Notes: generated by a model from the sequence alone, not told the origin. Shown: positions 25,894-33,330, counted from the stretch's first letter. The stretch is DNA of 64,000 nt from an uncultured Chryseobacterium sp. (GCF_913775525.1 NZ_CAJYLH010000034.1); one strand, 5' to 3'. Translations and numbers: made by a program.

Positions 25894-26603
25894 ATTAAAT
25901 ACGGACAATTTAATTTTGGATCCCAAATTCTATTATTCATTGGAGTTAACCAATAGCTTTCTAAGGAATTAAAATATGGCCTCCATACGCGCACTTGATA
26001 TTCTTTTGTTAAATTAATAAACTGTCTGTCCTTTAAAAGTTTTTCATATAATTTTGGCGCAAAATTAGAAATAATTACACTTACACCTAAAATCAATTCC
26101 ATGGGTAAATGCATCATTCGAGGAATATCAAGCTGTAAACTTTCTCCATGATCAAATTCGTCTTTAGGCTTTGCTTTACCATTTTGCAAATATTGCATGT
26201 GATATAATGGATGAATCTCATTTGTACTTCCTCCATTATGTCTGTCTATGTGAAAACTTAAATAATGAGTATGACCAGTAAGTTTATTTGTCCCTTTTAA
26301 TAAAGTTCTAAAATTTAATACATCAAATGGGTCATTTAATTTTTCCCATTCTGCATTTTGAGAAACAACATCAATATCAATCAGAACTTCTAAATTTGAA
26401 AATCCTTTTGGCCTAATATGTTTAAGCGTTGAATTTTCAATAAGAAATTTTAATTCTTTTATTGAGTAACCCCATAAATGGTCAGGTAACATTTCTTTGT
26501 GATCAATACTCTTATAGCTAATTGAAAGTCGAGAAAGTATATTAAGAAAATCAACAATATCCTTTTTCATTTTTCCTTTAAATGCTTTGTTACTTATAGC
26601 CAT
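25890..26603 (-). CDS. hypothetical protein (237 aa), candidate effector or accessory component of the island operon
   Basis: Clean ORF coupled at both ends (TAATG overlap upstream, ATGA overlap downstream). It has a His-rich central segment, GHTHYLSFHIDRHNGGSTNEIHPLYHMQY. I cannot recognise any domain. Confidence 0.6.
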   Translation of the reverse strand: MAISNKAFKGKMKKDIVDFLNILSRLSISYKSIDHKEMLPDHLWGYSIKELKFLIENSTLKHIRPKGFSNLEVLIDIDVVSQNAEWEKLNDPFDVLNFRTLLKGTNKLTGHTHYLSFHIDRHNGGSTNEIHPLYHMQYLQNGKAKPKDEFDHGESLQLDIPRMMHLPMELILGVSVIISNFAPKLYEKLLKDRQFINLTKEYQVRVWRPYFNSLESYWLTPMNNRIWDPKLNCPYLI

Positions 26604-27715
26604 TATATACCTAATAATTCTTTTGTATATTCTATATTTTCCACTTCACTTGAATGAGGTTTTAAACCCCTTTCGACTCCCACTCTTTCTAAAATAGCAA
26701 GCAGTGATATATACTTGTATTCTTCCCACGGTTTGATATCTACAGTAGTAAAAATTCTGAATGCTTCTAATGGATCAATTGGCACCTTGTAAGCCTCACA
26801 AATTGACCAAAATTCTGTACTGTTACAGAATTTTAAAGGTTGAGCTACTACTAAGCCTGCTAAACTATATTTATTCATTAATATTTCAATACGTTTTTCT
26901 GCATTAATAAAAGCAAGATTTTCACCTGAAATCTCCTCAAACCAAGTCACTAACCCATCTGCCCACCACCTTTGCCAACCATCAGAAAAAATGCCTTTAT
27001 ACTTTATATTAGATAGTATCTCATTTTTTACAGTATACCATAACTTCACAGGCGTATGAGCTAAGTCTATTCCAAGTCTAGCTGCTAAAATTTTTTCATT
27101 AATCAGAGGGTTCGTTTGATGAAAAAAATGTTTCACAACAAAATGGGTATAATCATAAGAAACAGAAAAATTATCAATTTTTTCTACAATTCTTTCGTCC
27201 AGATTCTTTATATTAATTCCGAAAATATCTTCTTTTGTCCGTGCTTGAAGCTGTAACCAATTATAGCCTTTTGCTAATGAATCCAATTTTTGAGACATCT
27301 TTTCCCAATCTGGTTTTTCATTAGATTTATTTATCTTATAATCAAATAAGTCATGACTAGTTTTATCGGTATCGTAAGTTTGTTTAATATTACTTTCCGT
27401 AGAGCAAAGTACTATTGGAAATGATAATATTTCTTCTCTCGCAGCTACAGATCTAAGTTCTGAAGTCAAAGCAGTTGCATTAAACTCTGTTCTATCACTT
27501 CCACTTCCATCTAATCTTAAGTCTACTATTAGTCCATCAAAAGAATGTTCTTTGATTCTTCTAATTAATTCAATCTTAAGATTGCTAAATTCTCTAAAGT
27601 CAGATAAAGGGAACCTTTCAACCTCAATTATTTTTAAATCATTAAATCCATTTAAAGTGGAAATTTCGGGAGTCCCATTCTCATCATCAATATATAAATA
27701 TTTAACTTTTTTCAT
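26603..27715 (-). CDS. receiver (REC)-like domain protein with an unknown C-terminal domain of about 230 aa
   Basis: REC landmarks occur in the canonical order: D10-D11 (YIDDE), D65 (LIVDLRLDG; codon at 27521-27523), S105/T106 (IVLCST) and K127 (DYK). The C-terminal part (W-rich: GWQRWWADGLVTWFEE) is unassignable. The start overlaps the kinase stop by 14 nt. Confidence 0.6.
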   Translation of the reverse strand: MKKVKYLYIDDENGTPEISTLNGFNDLKIIEVERFPLSDFREFSNLKIELIRRIKEHSFDGLIVDLRLDGSGSDRTEFNATALTSELRSVAAREEILSFPIVLCSTESNIKQTYDTDKTSHDLFDYKINKSNEKPDWEKMSQKLDSLAKGYNWLQLQARTKEDIFGINIKNLDERIVEKIDNFSVSYDYTHFVVKHFFHQTNPLINEKILAARLGIDLAHTPVKLWYTVKNEILSNIKYKGIFSDGWQRWWADGLVTWFEEISGENLAFINAEKRIEILMNKYSLAGLVVAQPLKFCNSTEFWSICEAYKVPIDPLEAFRIFTTVDIKPWEEYKYISLLAILERVGVERGLKPHSSEVENIEYTKELLGI

Positions 27716-30017
27716 TATTAGTTTTTGGTATTTCTATTCTTATTGTTGTATTATAACCATCTGCAGGAGTTGAAACATATATTTCTCCATTATAGAATTC
27801 GATTATATCCTTTACTATTTTTAATCCTAAGCCAGTTCCTGTAAGAGCAGCCGCATCATCTGAAGTATGGTTAGAAACTGTTGATGACGTATAAAATGCA
27901 TTGAAAATATTCTCTTCATTTTCTTTTTTAATACCATCACCATTATCTGAAAATTCTAAGAAAACGACATTCTCATCCTTGCCACATTTTATAAAAATCT
28001 TACCATTAGATTTGGCTCTTTTAATGGCTTTTTTTGAATTGGTATATAAATTAAACAATATAGACGCCCATTCCGAAGGATGCATTGGAATAGTAAATAA
28101 ATCATATCCTTCATATTGCGTTGGTAGCATATCTATAGCTGCTCTTTTTAAATCATTGGAAATAACAACTTCAAAATTTCTAACCACATCTCTCAATTCT
28201 ATTGACTCTAGTTCTCTGTGTACATTTCTAGAAATAGTTTTATCAAAATATGATGTGTATGTGCTAAATGATTTTACATTCATTTCTAATAATTCTGTTC
28301 TTTCGTAAACATCCTTATAGTCTTTAACTGCACTTTTAAGAAAACGAATATCTGCATCAAAGCCTGGTAAGAATCGCTGAACTTCGTGTACAAATTCTCC
28401 AATTACTAGACCTAATCCTGCTAATATTCGAAGCATATTAACCTCATCAATAAGTTCTTGATTTTTCGTTTTTTCTTCTTCTCTTGCTTGTTTTATTTTT
28501 TCAAAGATGTCCTCTGCTTTTTTCTTTTTTTCATCTTGATCTGAACTCTGACTGCTATTACCTGTGTTCACAGAAGTTGTTATCAATTCTTTTATTTCAT
28601 CAATCGCACTATCAACAATTTCTGAAGGATTTTCTTTTTTGAAACCTTTTTGGGATGCTGTAGCTTTTCTTCCTCTAAGTTCTGAAACTTTCATAACGGC
28701 ACTTGTTAATGAGCGATATACAAAACTTACTAATTCATTTAAATATTCATTTTCAATTAGCCCTTCTCTACTTGATGTTTCTTCAAAATTTCCGGATCTG
28801 TCCTCAAGTTCTACAAATCCAAAAAAACTACGATTCATATGTGGACCAAGAACAATACTTCTATTATTTGATTGATCTAATCCTAACCAATCGTCTCCTT
28901 GTTCACCATATGGCAAAACACGGAAACCATTTCTATATAATTTGATCCCTCCCTTTTCATAACTTAAGTCTCTTATAAAAGTAAAATTACCTGGCGAAAA
29001 TAACGACCCTTCATAAATAAAATAGTAAGCCTTGAAATGCACTCCTCTAATTAGATTAAAAGAAGTAGTTGTGTCCTCTTTATTTTTCTCATTATTACCT
29101 ATCAAAAATACTTCTTGAGGAAAATTTAATTTATCACTTTTTAATGCCCAGCATCCTTGACCATCGTCTAATACATAGCCTTCAATTTCCGCTAAAGCAT
29201 GTTGGAAAATTGCTTTTTCTTCATCAACAATCGCAATTAAATCTCCATTGTCACTACGATAATAATTACTCTTAAATCCCCCATCAACAGAACTTTCTAT
29301 TTGTTCCTCTTTCTTTTTTGAAAGTGGAAATGGTTGTAATAATTCAGATGTATAACGATATACTCTTTTGATCATAGCATCAGACCATCCCTCTCTCAGT
29401 CCTTCAATTATCAATACTGTGCCATTATCTTTAATTTTTGGAACAAACTCAATTGAATTAGAAACTGTCAATAAATCTTTATCAGTTTCAAAATCATCCC
29501 AATTAACAACCACTTTTAATGCTTCTTGAGACTGCATAGTTTGAGTAATAATTGATAGTTTATTTCCCAAACGTTGAGTGGCAAATCTACCAATGCCCTT
29601 TTTTCCTGCTTTTTGACGCCTATACTTTTCAGAAACCGGATTGTGAATCTTATCTGAAGAAGACAATCTCATAAAACCATTCACCAGCTGTTCTCTGTTC
29701 ATTCCATGTCCATTATCTTCAATTGTTAAAACCCCTCCCTTATTCCATGCGTTTTCAAAAATTAAATCAACGACTGTTGCATCTGCATCATAAGCATTTT
29801 TTATAAGTTCTGAAACTGCTGTCTCTTGTTTAGCTACAAGTTCTTTTCCCAATCTATTAATAATACCTGCATCAACGGAAAACCTTACAGATGATTCATC
29901 TAAAGCTGCTATTTCTTTAGATAAAGTAATAATGAGATTATTATCAGAGTTTTCTTTTTTAATTTCTTCTGATAATCTGTTTTTTAATTCTAATAATTTA
30001 TCTAATTTATTATCCAT
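27702..30017 (-). CDS. dual-GHKL protein: N-terminal MORC/MutL-type HATPase_c_3-like ATPase + central region + DHp-like His helix + C-terminal histidine-kinase catalytic (HATPase_c) domain
   Basis: N-terminal Bergerat motifs are ELIKNAYDAD, EDNGHGM and GKKGIGRFA. A candidate phospho-acceptor helix is LGLVIGEFVHEVQRFL (His553 in ORF numbering; codon at 28386-28388). The C-terminal N box is FNLYTNSKKA, G1 is SDNGDGI, F is FNAFYT and G2 is GTGLGLKIV. The start is likely MDNKLDKL at 30017; the ORF opens at 30044. Confidence 0.75.
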   Translation of the reverse strand: MDNKLDKLLELKNRLSEEIKKENSDNNLIITLSKEIAALDESSVRFSVDAGIINRLGKELVAKQETAVSELIKNAYDADATVVDLIFENAWNKGGVLTIEDNGHGMNREQLVNGFMRLSSSDKIHNPVSEKYRRQKAGKKGIGRFATQRLGNKLSIITQTMQSQEALKVVVNWDDFETDKDLLTVSNSIEFVPKIKDNGTVLIIEGLREGWSDAMIKRVYRYTSELLQPFPLSKKKEEQIESSVDGGFKSNYYRSDNGDLIAIVDEEKAIFQHALAEIEGYVLDDGQGCWALKSDKLNFPQEVFLIGNNEKNKEDTTTSFNLIRGVHFKAYYFIYEGSLFSPGNFTFIRDLSYEKGGIKLYRNGFRVLPYGEQGDDWLGLDQSNNRSIVLGPHMNRSFFGFVELEDRSGNFEETSSREGLIENEYLNELVSFVYRSLTSAVMKVSELRGRKATASQKGFKKENPSEIVDSAIDEIKELITTSVNTGNSSQSSDQDEKKKKAEDIFEKIKQAREEEKTKNQELIDEVNMLRILAGLGLVIGEFVHEVQRFLPGFDADIRFLKSAVKDYKDVYERTELLEMNVKSFSTYTSYFDKTISRNVHRELESIELRDVVRNFEVVISNDLKRAAIDMLPTQYEGYDLFTIPMHPSEWASILFNLYTNSKKAIKRAKSNGKIFIKCGKDENVVFLEFSDNGDGIKKENEENIFNAFYTSSTVSNHTSDDAAALTGTGLGLKIVKDIIEFYNGEIYVSTPADGYNTTIRIEIPKTNNEKS

Positions 30018-30083
30018 GATATTTGCTGAGCTGTGAAATAGCAATTATTTTTTAAGAAAAAATGTTCTTAAAATTATAATATT

Positions 30084-30716
30084 TTATACGACCTCCACTT
30101 TCAACCCTAAATTCAATTTTTTAGAAATCTCTTCCAATTGTGTCCTTTTCTGATTGGTAGCAGAATGAGTTACAATCAACCACCCTCCTGATATTTCGTG
30201 TTGATTATAAAAATCATCCTTTACTTTTGAAACCAAAGGTAAGCCAACCCACCTCATTTCCAAACTTGCAACTTTCTCAACACCAGCTTTTTCAATAACT
30301 GCTAAAAAAGTTTCGTAGGCATATTTCCTTTCTATCTTTGTTCCATCTGGATATATAACGGAAAGACCTGTTTTCCGAGATTTAGGAGAGGAGAGAATTT
30401 TTCTATCTGTTTTTCTTCCTGAATGTTCCTTTATAGATAAAGGATATTGCTTTGTTTCAACTTCATCTGTGATAACTTTCTTACGCGTAAGACGTACGCT
30501 CAAATCTTCATTGGGAATATAATCAACTACTAATACAATAGGACGTTTTATTTTGGTAATTATTGGTTCTATATTATCAGCTAAACGAGGAATTATTTCA
30601 TTTTTAATTAAATCTTCTTCTAAAGTATTTACGGCTTCTAATGTTTCTTTATTTAATGGTAATCCTAATTCTTTCAAATTTTCGATAGAATTATATAGCT
30701 TATCTAAGTTTGTCAT
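30084..30716 (-). CDS. hypothetical protein (210 aa), first gene of the island operon
   Basis: Clean ORF 39-66 nt upstream of the kinase gene. It has a helical N-terminal half, a basic linker (SGRKTDRKILSSPKSRKTG) and a compact C-terminal alpha/beta-looking half. No nameable domain. Confidence 0.55.
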   Translation of the reverse strand: MTNLDKLYNSIENLKELGLPLNKETLEAVNTLEEDLIKNEIIPRLADNIEPIITKIKRPIVLVVDYIPNEDLSVRLTRKKVITDEVETKQYPLSIKEHSGRKTDRKILSSPKSRKTGLSVIYPDGTKIERKYAYETFLAVIEKAGVEKVASLEMRWVGLPLVSKVKDDFYNQHEISGGWLIVTHSATNQKRTQLEEISKKLNLGLKVEVV

Positions 30717-30750
30717 TTGGTCATCATTTATTAGTAGTAATTAAATCAAA

Positions 30751-30758
30751 CAAAACTA
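30751..30758 (-). promoter_or_regulatory. candidate -7 promoter element (TAGTTTTG) for the island operon
   Basis: The minus strand reads TAGTTTTG 35 nt upstream of the ATG at 30716 and matches TAnnTTTG. No clear -33 TTG partner was found. Confidence 0.3.
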
Positions 30759-31838
30759 CGAATTTTGAGGGACATAATATTTGAATAAATATAAAGCAGT
30801 ACAATGACATATAATTGTATTGGTAAGTTTAGCCAAAGAAGTCTTCTTTGAAAGAAGACTTCACTACAGTGGATATAAATTAAAAATTTTATACTCGAAT
30901 AATTCCAATTCTAAACGTTACACTATTATTGACAACTACAGTCAAATTTATATAAAAAAATATTTTTCTGCTTTGTTTCATTGGTATAGTTGTTTGAACC
31001 TTCAGTTATATTATAATTTGTTACATTAGTGAAACAAGAATTTGTTGAACTTTTTACATTATTATTATTCCAAAAATAAGTAAGTGTTAAAATCTTGATC
31101 AAAAATATCCTGAAACGTAAAGTACTTAAAAGTACTGTTAAACTTATTCTCAATAGTTAAATCATAAAAAATCATCGTCTCACATTCGAGGACATTGCTT
31201 CCGTTATATAATTTAAGTTTTGTTGAGTTTTCTCCAGTGCATTCCAATACTGTTTTGTCGTCAATTGTAGTGTTATTGGAACTGTAATCTACTATTCAAT
31301 GAGTTTGTAACCACTGTAATTATATGTTTCTTTCACTGTATAAGTTAAGCTACCATTGTATAAATCCCAATTTTTCTGTTCAATTATCTGACCACGAGGT
31401 AAGTTTAGGTTTAGAATAATATTCAACTCCATATTTACAGATAAAGTACTGTTCCAAAATAGTAAACCTTTTTATTTTCTCATCAAATACATCCAAATCG
31501 AGAAATTCTTCTAAAGTATTCTCCAAAAATGTAAATATTTTGGAAATGATTCTAATGGTAAATCAGTTAATTCAAGAGTAATAAGATTATTTCTTTTCAT
31601 ATAGGACTTTCGGAAGAACCAAGATAAAAATATTTTGTGGAATATAAAGGGATATCGAAGATTGACGAAAATGGAAATTTTCTCAATCTCTTTAGAAAAA
31701 GGCAATACAGATATAAAACAGGAAAATAACTTCTGTAATTTGAAATCACAAAGTCATTTTAATTTTTTTTAAATAGAACCATATTCTTGCAAAGTCAATC
31801 CAGCAAGGCTTTTCCGAGAAAGTTTAAGCGTATATTTC

Positions 31839-31861
31839 GGATCAGTTTCAAAAGTTGGGGA
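31839..31861 (+). repeat. IS left terminal inverted repeat
   Basis: It is the reverse complement of 33217-33239 at about 19 of 23 positions. Confidence 0.6.
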
Positions 31862-31889
31862 GAAAAATTAATACTTGTAATTTTACAAA

Positions 31890-33216
31890 ATGTCATCTGA
31901 GAAAGAACTATTAAAATTACTTTTACTGGAATACCTGGTTGAATACTTTGATATTACCGATTTTGAAGAAAAAGAAGGATTGCTTCATCTTTATTTTGAG
32001 GAAAAAAATACTGTTCCCAAAGAGTTTTTCTCTCTACATCTGCACTCCAAAGGTTTTCATGAAGAAATCACGGTTAATGACTTTCCACTTCGTGGAAAAC
32101 CTGTAAAACTTCACATCTAACGCAGAAGATGGACCGATACAAAATCTGGCAAGATCCTGCAGAGAGACTGGAATCTCATTGCCGCTGGAACCCGCATGAC
32201 AAATGACTTTGCGGAGTTCTTAAAAAAAATCAGACGATACTAAAGCCCTTCCCTTAGAAACCATCGGTGAGGTGTATGGTGTACCAGGAAAAACATTCCG
32301 CAGACAATACAAAAAATCATTAAGCGGTTTTAAAGACTGGCCTCAAAAACCCCACGCAGAAGATTGGATTCTTTATCCTGAAAACTGCTCCTGTTCTCTA
32401 TCTCTGAATGAAGTTGCTCTTTCCCAGGGAGAATTATACACCGTTCTTACTTCCAAAACAGCAAAAGGCAGGAAAGGCAGTATTGTTGCCATTATCAAAG
32501 GTACACAGAGTGAGACGGTCATTGAGCAGCTTCTGAAAATAGGCAGGAAGCTTCGCAAAAATGTAAAGGAAATTACCCTTGATATGGCCGGGTCTATGAA
32601 GCTCATTGCCAAACGCTGTTTTCCTGATGCTATTAAGGTCATAGACCGGTTCCATGTTCAGAAGCTCGCCACTGAAGCCCTTCAGGAATTAAGGATCAAC
32701 TATCGTTGGGAAGCTATAGAGCTGGAAAACAGACTGCTCGATGAAGCAAAGAAAAAAAAGGAGCCTATTGAGATAGAAACGTTTGAAAACGGGGATACCC
32801 GCAAACAGCTTCTGGCAAGAAGCCGGTATTTACTCTACAAAAGCAGAGAAAAGTGGATGCCTTCTCAAATTCAGAGGGCTGAAATTTTATTTACCGAATA
32901 TCCCGATTTAAAGAAGGCTTATGGGCTGTCGGATGGACTACGAAAGATTTATAATCAGAATATTCCCAAATCTATTGCGATGACAAAGTTAGCGCATTGG
33001 TTCAGGGATGTTGAAACATCAGGTTTTAAATCATTCTCAGTTTTAAGGAAAACAATAATGAATCATTACAGCGATATCTTAAATTTTTTCGACAGAAGAA
33101 GTACTAACGCCTCGGCAGAATCTTTTAATGCCAAAATCAAAAACTTCAGATTGCAGTTCCGTGGAGTGAAAGACCGAACTTTCTTCTTATTCAGACTGAC
33201 TAAACTTTTTGCATAG
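31890..33216 (+). pseudogene. ISL3-family transposase pseudogene (in-frame TAA at 32118-32120; frameshift in the A8 run 32222-32229)
   Basis: ORF 31890..32120 continues in frame after the TAA as RRRWTDTKSGKILQRDWNLIAAGTRMTNDFAEFLKK, the typical ISL3 N-terminal region. The reading frame then switches at the A8 tract into ORF 32272..33216. That ORF carries DMAGSM...VIDRFHVQK and the C-terminal NASAESFNAKIKNFR, which resemble the ISL3 DDE domain. Confidence 0.7.
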
Positions 33217-33239
33217 TCCCCAACTTTTGTTCATGATCC
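33217..33239 (-). repeat. IS right terminal inverted repeat
   Basis: It pairs with 31839-31861 and starts immediately after the transposase stop codon (33214-33216). Confidence 0.6.
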
Positions 33240-33257
33240 AACTTTTGTTCATGATCC
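33222..33257 (+). repeat. tandem 18-bp duplication of the IS right-end sequence
   Basis: AACTTTTGTTCATGATCC occurs twice back to back, at 33222-33239 and 33240-33257. Confidence 0.8.
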
Positions 33258-33284
33258 AGCATAATTTATTGGTGGTGTAGGCTG

Positions 33285-33314
33285 AAAACAAAAAAAGCCC
33301 CATAAATAGGGGCT
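33285..33314 (-). terminator. rho-independent terminator immediately downstream of the tRNA
   Basis: Stem AGCCCC / GGGGCT (33296-33301 / 33309-33314). An A-rich run at 33285-33295 on the plus strand gives a U-run after the hairpin on the minus strand. Confidence 0.55.
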
Positions 33315-33330
33315 TGTCGAGTTTTTGTAG

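Larger units (their letters stand above)
31839..33257 (+). mobile_element. ISL3-family insertion sequence, inactivated
   Basis: Terminal inverted repeats are GGATCAGTTTCAAAAGTTGGGGA (31839-31861) and TCCCCAACTTTTGTTCATGATCC (33217-33239). They enclose an ISL3-like transposase reading frame interrupted by a nonsense codon and a frameshift. No target-site duplication was found. Confidence 0.7.

Noticed and set aside
27702-30044. Whether the 780-aa GHKL protein is MutL, Hsp90/HtpG, or a gyrase/topoisomerase VI B subunit
   Set aside because: It lacks the MutL C-terminal dimerisation/endonuclease domain, the Hsp90 middle and C-terminal domains, and a TOPRIM domain. Instead it ends in a full histidine-kinase CA domain preceded by an H-containing helix.
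24055-30716. Assignment to classical Type I/III R-M, BREX, DISARM or Detocs
   Set aside because: The required components are missing:
- Type I/III R-M: no HsdS/HsdR or Res helicase.
- BREX: no PglZ, BrxC or BrxL.
- DISARM: no DrmA/B helicase or PLD protein.
- Detocs: no stand-alone buffer receiver and no PNP effector, and Detocs has no methyltransferase.

This rests on motif recognition only, not on HMM searches.
32222-32229. Programmed ribosomal frameshift at the A8 tract of the IS transposase
   Set aside because: An in-frame TAA 100 nt upstream (32118-32120) already breaks the reading frame, and programmed frameshifting is not a known feature of ISL3 elements. Mutational decay is the simpler explanation. 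A homopolymer sequencing error cannot be excluded.
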